DNA of 63,692 nucleotides, counting the filler, from Nemertoderma westbladi (Eukaryota > Animalia > Xenacoelomorpha): the NCBI GenBank assembly GCA_032718475.1. It is 4 parts of 4 records of this genome, joined end to end, with 100 filler letters (N's around TTAATTAATTAA, not from the genome) between each part and the next. Parts side by side here need not be neighbours in the genome. Positions count along the whole stretch, not along the records: positions 23,628 to 42,688 come from JAUCBJ010006163.1; 3 more parts are not named here. One strand, given 5' to 3'. This document shows positions 24,071-36,100 of this stretch, in pieces (the stretch's first letter is position 1; each line of letters opens with the position of its first letter). Under the pieces are notes generated by a model. It saw only the letters and a list, made by a program, of their open reading frames with translations, had not been told where the DNA came from and searched no databases. The position numbers and the translations under genes were made by a program.

Positions 24071-24171
24071 TCAATGTACATTGTTGGTCCTTCGACGAGT
24101 CACCCTTAGTAGTCACTGTACGAATACTAACACGATGGGCCCGGTTAGAATCAACTGCATCAACTAGTGCC
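24059..24171 (-). CDS. RIMBP2: RIMBP exon 11 (FN3 second half)
   Basis: tttcag/G GCA CTA GTT...GGA AGA G/gtatgg. Confidence 0.85.
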
Positions 24172-27100
24172 CTGAAATTCAGATCAATTCAGATTTCAGT
24201 AAGTTATTTAGGGATTAATTTGTTACAGGTTTGGAATCGTCGCTAAGTTCCCTTTGAATTAATACCAACAAACAGCTAAAAAATGATCGGTGATCGTGTG
24301 AAACAAGAAACACCGCAACCCGAAGGCTCCTTTCTCTTGGCAGTTACCTATAAGGCACGGCGGGCGCCACACTAAGGCTGAACATTATTTTGAGCAATTT
24401 TCTTATTGGTTGATAAAAATAAATAATATCTGTCTGTACCTTTGATAACAACAAACTTGGACTTCTTATCATTAATTAACTCCTACGCGGGGTCTTCGCG
24501 CACACGTCTTTGAGTAGAGTGTAGAGGAACAATTAATGAACCGTCTAGTCATTCGCCCCCGTCGGACGACAGATGAACTATAGAAGTCTGTCTGTGTGTA
24601 GAATTTAATAACTTTTAATGGACTACATGTGAAACAAGTTTTTGTTGCATTTCATCAAAGATTGATAATTTATTATTGGTGTTATGGGTGTATGAGTGGT
24701 TTCATACTATTATAATCATTGTGGCCGTGATGGTTCATGGTTAATATACAATACCCTTTCATTGTAGCGAGTGGATAAAGACGGCCATAAGTACGGTAGG
24801 GTTGAGCACAGTGGCAGCATATGATAGTATTGACAGATGGGAGGCCATGAGGAGGTAAATTGCGGACATACAAGGTATCAGATAGTATTTCCAGGTCTAT
24901 CTTTTACCTGAGCCGCTAGCTGAATGGTTAGAGCGTCAGACATCCAACCCGGAGGTTACCAATTCGATCCCACCTGGACGTCATATCCGACTTTGCAAAA
25001 GCTGTGCCCAACAAAAAGTTATAATCAGAGATTGACCGACTTATTAGAGTTAAAAAATTTCGACTCGAAGACGGACGGTTCACTAATGGTTCCACGACGC
25101 TAAGGCTCACTTACGTGGCTCGCCCCGCAACGAATTCTGAACTATTGCAAAACTATATAAATGCCTCTGTTTCAGTTAGTTGTAACTAGACATTCACTGT
25201 ATCTCTGTGAACAAAATATCGGTACTATATTATAGAAGTACCGTGACTCGGATCTCGCAGAAATCACGAATCAAGCGGGCAATAAAGCCTATTTTATTTA
25301 CTGTGAAATAAATGTTATTATGTATTTACCTCGTTGTTGCGTAACCTTTAACTGATGATTTCTTCTGCCCGTCAACATAAATATCATAACACTCGATTTC
25401 TTTTTGCGGAAGTAATTCGATTGGTGGCGGTTGCCATGATAACACTACGCTGTTAGCTAATTGTCTCTCCAACATAAGTTTACCAGCAGCAGGAACACAA
25501 TCTACAAGTAATTAACTAATTAGTAAGATAAGATATCCAAAGCGATCTAATCTAAATCGTCCAACCGGGAGATAAAATAGCAGATTTGAAAGCAAAAATT
25601 ACTTTGCCAACCATCAAATTTCATGAATTTCATCTAAATCAAAAATAGACATTTTTTGAAAAATACTTTAAAATTAATCTAATGTTATTTCTCAGCCTAT
25701 GGCAGAGCAGTAAATGATCTTCTGGTGAAAGTTTTACATAATTTTACGGCTGGCTCATAATCCAGAGTTTACTTTTCTTCAGAAACTTTACTTCAGAGTT
25801 TAATTTACTATAACCCTAAAAAAACAAACTATATTTTCACAAAACGAGCGTATTAATTCATGAGGCTTACCTTCTCCGTGATAATCAATAACGCTAATTG
25901 GCACATTGAAGTTACTGTTACTGAAATCAAACTGGTTTATATCTACAGCCTTATCGGCATCGTTGATTTCATCGAGTTCTTGGATATCATTTAGATCCGA
26001 TAGACTGTGAGTTGATGAACGTCTGTAGGCTTGGTGAAGGTCATCTAAGCGGGAAATAATATACTTATTAAATGTGGTAGAATAATATATCACGTTGAAA
26101 TAATCAGCGACCGTTTTGGCATAATACAAAGTTAGTTCGGCAGTTATGAGAAACTTTTACACTTAGTTTTTTCTCTAAGTGTCTAACCTACAACCCCCCC
26201 CCCCCCCCCCCACCCCCCAGTATGGAAACAAATTATTTAGTTCCAATTCAAAGCGAATTCAGTTGCTTAATTGCAATTCATACGAATTTAGTTACAATTC
26301 ACCGACCTTATTTCCAAAATGAAAGTTAAAAATTAAATATTCCAGTAAGTAATTTCGAATTCTTATAACATTCAACTTTATATGATTCGACCGGTCTGAT
26401 GCAAAACGCAGATTCGTAAGGAAAAATTAAACCGATGGATTAATTTTTCATTCGATAAAGAAACTTCCTCATTGTAGGTAAGAACCCAGTGCCGGTATCG
26501 AATCTCGTAGATTTGCGCACGTTTTGACAATAAAGCAATCGAATAATTAGCATCTTTATGTTACCGTTATATGTCGATAAATAATATTTAATAGTGAAAC
26601 ACTAACCGTTAAAATCAATACCACTTGGATCCGCATCGGTCGGGATGTGATTTGGAGGCAATAGGTGATTACCGTGACTCGTAGGGGTCTTACAGGTACT
26701 AGCTACAGTAGTTGTTGGTTGGTTGGTTGGTTCGAACGCACTACCTAAACTAGTGCCACACACTCCAGTCGAGCTAGGTGATGGTTCATCAATAGTACAA
26801 GCAGTAGCGGAAGTCGGTTTGGTAGACGACTGTACACGCTGTCTTAGCAACTCTTGAGTTTCTAGAAGTTGTTGTTGAAGAAGTTGCTGTTGGTGTTGCT
26901 GCTGGTGTACTTGTTGTTGCAACTGAAGTACAATAGGGCCTGTAAATAAATTTAAGATACGACCTTTATACAGAACATGAAAGGATGAAGGACTGAGCTA
27001 CTACCTCATGTAAGCACATGGAAGGAGGGATGGTTGGGTACTACCTTCACATAGTACATCGGATGAGAGAGGGACAGATACGACCTTTACGAACTCGGTC

Positions 27101-30100
27101 CGGACTAGTTACGCATGGTAATTTAAAACGACCTTTGTGTAATACGTGATGGAATGTACAGACATTTTGGCCACACTACCTGGATACAATTCCGGCACAC
27201 CTATACTGTCTTACAGCTAAAGCCTGCGCAGCATAGCGTGGAACGAACTTTCGAGCTGACTATAAATTATTTATTAATCTTACTAGTTTTTTTGTACTCC
27301 GTTGGTTGAAGATGACGTAGAACTCGTAACGTTGAATGAAACAGTTCTGGAAGGTCATCGTCTTTAACTTCAACTAAGAAGTTTGAAGGTAGTAATCCAC
27401 GACGTCCGTCTAGTAGTTCCCCCTCGAAGAATCCGTCCTGGGTAGGGAGGAATCAAACACAATTAAATAAAGTAAAATAACTAAACACACTAAACATTTG
27501 TTACAATAGTAATAAATTACAATAAGTTATGAAATGCGATTACTAATTTTAATTGAATAAAATTCATATTATGTCTGAGTGTATTGACTTTTGAAGATGG
27601 CAGGTTCTTAGCACGAGCGAAGTGAATGGTAAAATGACATCGAATAAAAAATTCAATACACGAGCGCCGAATATCTGAATTCCGGTTACAATGAGTTATT
27701 TCCGGCATGTAGTGTATGAAATACACTATTTTATTTAAGACGAGTTAGGCCTTACAGGTAATAATTTTACATTTAATTTCCATTACTGATATAGCGGTAC
27801 TTATAATTAACCATTTCTATGTCGACTGTAGTCCCATTGAAGGTATTTCCAAGTTACAATTGTCGATATAACATATTTGTCAACATATTATTTTTTCGGA
27901 TTATTATTCAACTTATGTTCTTTTCCTCAGGGTCTGCGCTAATCAAAAGCGTTACTTGACGGATTCAACTAGAAAAACATACTTCTGCGATTATATAAGA
28001 TCAGATTTTTAAATATCACTGCCGTGGCCGGTAAATAATAACACATCTCCCGCGCTTTGACGACTGGGCTAAGATTTCGCTGTCACCAATTTAGTGATAG
28101 AAAGTAGCAATAGTGAGCGAAAGCAGTAGTACTTTGTCTTGCACTGTTTTATAGAGACAGGGGGGGGGGGGGGGTGGGGGGGGGGGGGGGGGGGGGGGGG
28201 GAACTCGACGCAAAACCCGCCTTGGCGAATTAATATCCCGCCTCAATGTTAAATTATCAATTTAGGGTAAGGAGCAGGTTACAGTGGCACGTTATTTTAA
28301 CGAAAACAATAAACTAAACACAATAGAACAGGTTACAGTTTTATTTTAGAGAATAATCAGCTGTTATTTGCGTCCAATTTCCCCAGGAGAGGGATGAACT
28401 TTTATTGCGTCCAGTTCCCCCCCCCCCCCCCCCCCCCCCCCCCCCACCCCCTATCTGGTTTTATACCAATTATAGTGAGAAAAAGTGGAGATATGGATTT
28501 ATCAGATAAAATTAATTCGTTAATAAGTTATTGCGGCATTACCAGCATTCTTTCATAAACGCTTATTATTATTACAGATCTACATAGGGTTGCCTAATGA
28601 GGCGACTTATTGAAGTGGTCTGTTTGATTTATTAAATAGTTTGTTATGAGGTAGGATAATTTACTAAGAAAACTGACTACTAAGATTTCATCCGTAAGAT
28701 TAAACTAATCACAATCACAGGATAAACAATTTTGGTTGCACTTTTATTTGGGATATATATATTTTATATATCTTATAATTGTTATTATTACATTATATTG
28801 TTATGAATTAATTTTAGCAATACAATTATTGGTAGGCCCTACATCCAAAATTTGTTTTTTAATATCTTTAGAATATGGGATATATAACCAGAATAATAAT
28901 AGCCCTGGGCAATTAGGAATTTATTAAAAATCCATATTTACGAATTCATTCCGAGTGCTACAACCACATTCCCCAAAATAAGACATATGTATTTTGCCTC
29001 GCAGCCATTAAACAAGATTACTTCAATTTAATTTAATTCATTCAATCATATTTTATATTGATGTGCTCACTTGGTGCTCTGCTCAGTGAGGGATTCACTT
29101 ATTTTTCACCTTAAGGCGAGGGAAGCATATTAAGGGGTTGCAGGATGTAATTAAGGGATGTGTTGTTCTGACCCAAAATAAATATACTAAACGTTACCGT
29201 AGGAAATTCAGTATCAGTAGGTTAGTGACGGAGCCGGTTACTGAGATATGAGAGGAACCAACAATATTAAGGTTAGTAATATAGTAAGAGAAAAATTTAA
29301 GGTCACAAATCGTAAATTTTACGGTCAGAAAAAGCATTTTTAAATATCTTGAAAGAATTTTTCACAAACCTCATCAACATCTCCAAATATATAAACATAT
29401 TCTCCTTTGTTTATAGATAGTTCAGCGTCTGGATTGAAGTTAGGAGAATATTTGAGTGGATCGTAGGTGTACCGGGCTCTGTAAACCGTTACACTAGTTG
29501 GCAGGTGATTAGTGGTAACGATGTCGCGGGTATTGGGAGAAGGAATAGACGTCCCGATATCAGAATGGGTGTCAGCTGGAGAACATGTTTGGGAATCTAA
29601 AAAAAATTAGTTGTGAGAACGATTATAAAATCCGCAGCATTTGAACGTTAATATTTTCTGTAAATTAATAAGTTGTGTTTCGGTTATAACTATCAAGGCG
29701 GCTACCTTAACCCATATATATATGCTCACTCCAGCCAGGTATTACAAATTATCGGTTTTTAGACATCCACACCAACACCACAGGTAAGGTTCTTATTAAA
29801 CACCCTGAATTAAATATATCATTTCTTTCCAATTGTAACATATTTATTCCACTCTTGTTGTTGACCGTACATCTGTCCGTCGTTATTGTATTCTACTGTC
29901 TAGTGTCTACTAAAAAAAAATAATAAAAAATCATCAACTGAGAAGGGCCTGATCTCGCAACGAACGCGTTATATATCATATTAAATACTATTTCAGCATT
30001 ATTTAAACTCCCTAAGAAACAATGGCGAGTTATTTAACATAACATATATATATTATATATTATATATATTATATAATATATAAATATAAATGTAAGGAAA

Positions 30101-33100
30101 CCAAGATCAACCACGTTAAATAAAATTAAAAATAATAATAAATAATATATAAAAATAAAATAATATATATATTATATATATATATTATATATATATTATA
30201 TATATTATAACATATTATAATTATAATATATATAATATAATATACCGGTAACTAAACAAGTTCGTCTATATTTTAGTTCGAAATTGTTCTATTTTGATAC
30301 CGTACTAATCCCTAATATAATAATTGAAGGGCTGAGCATAAAAAGGTTCTAATGTGATAAAAGTGTCATTCTGAGATAATCACACTTCTGCGTTTTTTTT
30401 CCCTACACATTACAGTTGATGTTGGCATTCTGTATTTTTGCATGCAAGTAAATAAATTGATGTATTTCAAAATCTTTACTTTCAAAATTTTTTTTTCAAA
30501 AACTTCAAAATTGTTTTGCATATATCAGGCAGTATTGTACATAAGACCTTTTTTGTTTATGTCTATGCGATTTTTACTGTACATAGGACTATTTTACTCC
30601 AGGATATCAGGCAGTTATTGTTCATATGATCTCAGAACCTTATTGGTAAGTTAAGTTAGGTCTCATAGGACCTCTGTATGAGAATAACTCTGATTCTAAG
30701 AAAATGTCACATATGACCTTTTTATGCTCAGCCCTTCAATTGGAAAATACAATAATTAGGGCCTACGTAATTTACCTTTTAGCAAATGGTTGGAGGTCAT
30801 TATTTGAGTTGCAGCCATAGATTGACGGTCTTTATATCCTAAACTAGAAACATGTTCCCTCAGCAATTGGTCTAGTCTTTCTGGAGATGTCTACATGGGG
30901 AATATACACACTATGCATTATTATTAATTCTTTAGTGTCCTGTAAAATGACTATATTTTTTACATAAAATATAATAGCTTTATATTCCTTATATTCCTTT
31001 ATATTCCTTTATATTCCTTATAACCCCTTGATTAACATCGCTCGTTCGTGAGGAAAAATTTAACGTTTGCTATATATTTTAACTTAAAAATATAATTTTT
31101 ATATAATTTATAATTTTTTTAATTATCTAACGCGAGATTATATCAAGCGACAATAAGTAGAATATTATAATAGCAAAATAAAGTGACATTGTTTTAGTTT
31201 ATATTATTATTATTATAGATAAAAGAATAGATAGAAGATAGCTCTTTATATCCCATAAGGATATAAAGTGAAATGTTTATATCCCGGTGGGATATCACTA
31301 TTTGAACAGAAATAAATGTGATATACTGTACTTTATATCCTGCATATTTACATTCGACGATTAGAGAGATAGTGAGCCCGTAGTGAGTCAGTTAAGAGAG
31401 TCCTACTGTTGGGTAAACCGCTACTGCTGCCCGTCAAAAGTGAAGCACTTAGTAAAAAACCGGTAGCGTCCGAGAGGCCAAACGACCGATTTATTCGGTT
31501 AGAATCCCCACCGTTGTTTGGCAACTATAATAGTTTGCCATGTTTCAGGGTATATCTACCTGAGTAGTACATTCCACAGTATTTATTAAACTAGGGTCAC
31601 GAAGTTGCAGTTGGCTGGATAACTGGCGCAACAAGGCGACTTCCAATACTAGATCATCGTATTTGGCCGACTGATTGGTGTATTTTAGTTGCAGATCATC
31701 GATTTTAGACTGGAAAAAAAAGCAAATAATGTAAAAATAGATTGACATGACTTGTGTTGTGGTTTATTTGAAAGTAGTATTTTTCAAAGCTACTTAAATA
31801 AAACTACTACTACTACTAGGTCGAGCGAACTTCCAGTCCGAGTTCCAGAGATCCTTCCAGACTTTCCGATTCTCCATAGTTGTCGCAATTTCGTTTCTCT
31901 CAAGTTCAGTACCCCCCCCCCCCCCCCCCCTTGCAAGCTGGTCTATATATTACAGCCGGTAGTTTGTGTTTCCTTGTGTTTTCTTCAGCTGATGTTTAGG
32001 GTTGCCCTTAGTAGTCTTAATAACAACAATCAATTCGCTGCTCATGTGATTTCGTCGGTGTACAGATCTCAAGAAAGAACTTGTCTTCAGGTTACAGGAG
32101 AGGTCTGATTTCCAGATGGTATCCATTTTTGATAGAGGTACACAAGCCTTTGCTTTCCTACAGTAACTTCGAAGTCATTTCTGCTGTTCTCTATCCATGA
32201 CCCAAGGTACTGGAAGTCGCTAACCATTGATAAATCAAATACAACAGTAATGGTGCCAATGGGTCGCCTAGCAGTACGCCAACCAGGATTGAGAATAACT
32301 CAGTCTCACCATCTGGTGACAGTACCTGAGCTTCTTCTGTCACACTATATCACAAGTAATCCTGGTACTGATAAGATCTTAGGATTTCCAGCATTTTACC
32401 TCTATGTATGGAGTCAAATGATTTCTTGAAGTCAGCACATGTGAGGACTACAAGAAGGTTCTTTCTATCTTTGCCTTAATTCCTTCAACCAGCCTCCGGA
32501 GCGCAATTATTATCTGACCTATTGTTGACATCCAATACATTTCTGCTGATACTCAGTAGTTTCTCCATGTGATGCCTAATTCTAATCATTTTGTTGTATA
32601 TAATGGCAGAGCTCTAGAGTTGATGTAACCCCATCAAAGAGTTAATTATGAGTTTGGTGTTTGTTTACAATCAAATGCGCTTTGGTTCCATTAAGGTATT
32701 GAAAGATACACAGTTGTCCTGTTTTGTATTTGTTGGTATAAATTAACATACTTCCATCAGGAGACCCCTATTTCTATTAGAACTGGTGTTATATATGTAA
32801 ACCTTGTAACCTATGTAAACCTATGTAAACCAGGTCAGGTCAGGTATTCTAGGTCATTGATCAAGAAAACTTGCCACCTCCATGCAGCATAAAGGAGGTG
32901 CCACCTGTAGCTGCATAGACCCCCTTACTAGGGCAAATCTGGTCCTGTAACTAGGACCCCTTTCGATCTGGGATAAGGACGCCCTTGGTCCTAGATTAAG
33001 GACCCATATACTTGGCTGCAGGGGTATATGGCCTGACCAGGCAGATGGTGATCTACCAATGGCTGGTCAGGAGTAGAGTATTCTCATGTCCACTCTGAGA

Positions 33101-36100
33101 GCACTTCACTGCGACCTGCACTTGGCAGCAAGGGTACAGGGCATGACCCAGCAGATGAGCTGCAACAGCCAATGGTGGGTCATGTGCGCCAGAATAGATA
33201 TGGGTGATGGGCCTCATATCTGACTCCATTGCGACACCCACCCTGTGGAATGGCAAACCAGGGTGTGGTATTTGCCCCGAGAGCTGACTCGGCAAAAAAG
33301 CACCCCCCAACCCCCACTATGGATTACATTAGCAATGCGGAGGTCCGGCCACTAGAGGCCAGTGGAATTACCGGACACAATCGGCCTCACAGGCGTCAGT
33401 TAACTCCTGACCGGCTGCGTGTCTCACCCCCTACTGGAGAGAGAGCAGCCAACAATTCTTTGAGTCCCTTTCCTGATGACCTTTCTGGCCCAAACCCTGG
33501 GTCACCAGGGAGGCCAGATTGTGATGGGGAGAGGGATTCTGGAGTTGGAGGCTACTCTCATGTTCCACCCCGACCAACAAAGCCATTGGTGAATCTGAGG
33601 CAAGTCACTAGACTAGCCTCAGTAAACACCCTAACACTCGGGTCCCCAATGCGACAAGGTGAGCTGACTGCCTTGGCAGATAAGCTTTCTCTTAGCGCAG
33701 TGGGTGTTCAAGAGCACCGAATGGAAACTGGACAGACTGATGAGGTTCTGATTAAGGACATGGGGGGCGGTTGTCGACTCGCCCTCGCGTCAGCAGATGA
33801 TAGTGGCAATGGAGGAATTGGTCTATTGATGAATCCAACTGCACATGCAGCATTGGACAAAATAGACCAAATCTCTAACCGCATCATCCGTTGCCACTTC
33901 TCATGTTCTGGAAGACTGGCTAAGAAGTTTCCTAAAGTGGTTCTGATTCTGTGCTACTCTCCAACTAGTGTTGCCCCTGTAGAGGAGGTGGAAAATTTCT
34001 ACCACAATCTACAAGCAGCTACTGATGGAGTGGATCAGCATGCATTCTTAACACGTTCGTGGGGCCTTCGCGCAGCACGAGGCCCAGTTATGAGATACAA
34101 ATTAAAACTGAGCGACTGTATCACAAAATCAGTATTTGAGAAATTTACCTACACCACCAATCAATTAAAGAAAGGGGTACAGTACGTGTTCAGCCCTTTT
34201 AATCTGCACCCCCCCCCTTCCCACCCACCAATACATAACCGCGACATCTACCACCCACGGAAGGGTAGCACGAACTTATTTCCAATCGCACGTTCAATTT
34301 GCAAAGCCAGGTGGTTTATAGGAATATAATAAACGCAGTACTCGTTTTCATTATAAGCCTCGTTGCGTTCGTCCTGTTTTGAATTTAAATATATTTCTTA
34401 AACGCAGGGTAGGACGATCTTTATAATAATAATAACTAGGGATGCGATCAATGTGTGAAGCCAGGGTTTATATAATAATATAGTCAACGCAGTACTCGTC
34501 TTCTTTATAGGCCTCGTTGTGCTCGTCCTGTTTTGTATTTAAATATATTCTCTAAACGCAGACTGACGATCTTTATAACTACCAATGCGTTCAATAGGCG
34601 CAGCCAGGTATGGTTTATAGGAATATAGTCTACGCAGTACTCGTCCATATTATATGCCTCGTTGCGCTCGTCGCTCGTCCTGTGTTGTCATATAATATTT
34701 TTCCTAAACGCAGACTGACGATCTTTATACAGTTATAACTATGCGAAGTTTCGAAACTGTGCGAGTAACTGCTGATACATCTATGTGGAGATGTGTGATA
34801 CAACGCCAACGCATCGTATGCCGATGTAGTAATATGGGTAAGGAAATAATATTAAATCAATGTACACTCTTAAAGCTGCAGCGAAAAAATGTAGCTAATT
34901 TCGTAGGTTACATATAAAATAATAAAATTATTTTTAAGAACATTAATTTTACTACTTTACAAAAATTCAATTAAAAAATAACCAGACAAAATACATTGTG
35001 GAATAAACTATTTCATATACTAGAACGCCATCAAGATGGCTTTAAACGAACCTGTCTTACACAGACTCCAAGAAACAGATGGGATTGGAAGATGCAAACC
35101 AAGAATGACTTGCATCAACCAAAAAACTGCCTCCCATCTAATGTAATACACATTCGCCTAGGCAAACAAATCATAATCACAATTACTACGATGATGTGTG
35201 AAATGGTATCCATATCCGCAACCTGAGAAACGGCCCAAAAGAGCAGTTTATTCTGCGGAGGGGTCTTTTCTGTATTAGATAAATAAAATAAAGAACACTA
35301 TAATTACAGTATTTATACCTGATACATTCTCAGTTAGCCTAATAAAAACATCGGAGCAACCAATATAATGTACATGTACAAAATCCTATGAAAGTTTGTG
35401 AAATGTTCCCTTAAGTCTACCCAACAGCCGTTGGTACCCGACTGGCAGCCACCCTGGTTCAGTTTTATGGTTTTGTTAGTTTAATCGACAGCTGTTGTAA
35501 ACGTCCCAGATATACAAAACCTACTAAGCCTTTGCATTACAATTGAGCTTAGCCTAAGTTGATGACAGTATTATAACGATGACAATTAGGCCCTATAGAT
35601 ACATACGATATATAAATGACGTACTGCTTGACATTACACTAACTGGCTGAATAGAGATAGAACTATAATAATACGTTTGGCATTCTGTCAGATTTCAGTA
35701 GTAAGTAACCTCATAATAATTGCTAAATATCAATCACCTGAAAAACATTTCAAGCAAGGGAGTTGTGGGTATTTAATTTCGCGTTCAATAATGTTGAAAA
35801 TATGCAAATATTTCGAATATCGCACTTCGAATCGTTCCCAACTTTTTTATTCAACAACTAGACAACAATTGATAAATACTTGCGTTTACAATTTTACAAT
35901 GCATGCAAGTGGTTTCAAGCCATTTGGTGAACATACATAGTGACATAGTGATATAGGTAAATATATATATCCATCGTGTTTTTGCCGGCCTCAGCTTTAG
36001 ACAAAAACTACCAAGTCTAAAGACAGGTTCGTTATAAGGCTACACAACAGCCATGCCATGGATTCTATTTATGTATTATATCTGTCATTTACCTGAGAGC

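Noticed and set aside
30040-30245. AT-rich hairpin element
   Set aside because: Low-complexity (TA/TTA) sequence; self-complementarity is trivial
34051-34329. C-terminal part of the 366-aa ORF as real protein
   Set aside because: Read-through from the LINE endonuclease into the inserted element; the true frame resumes at 36801
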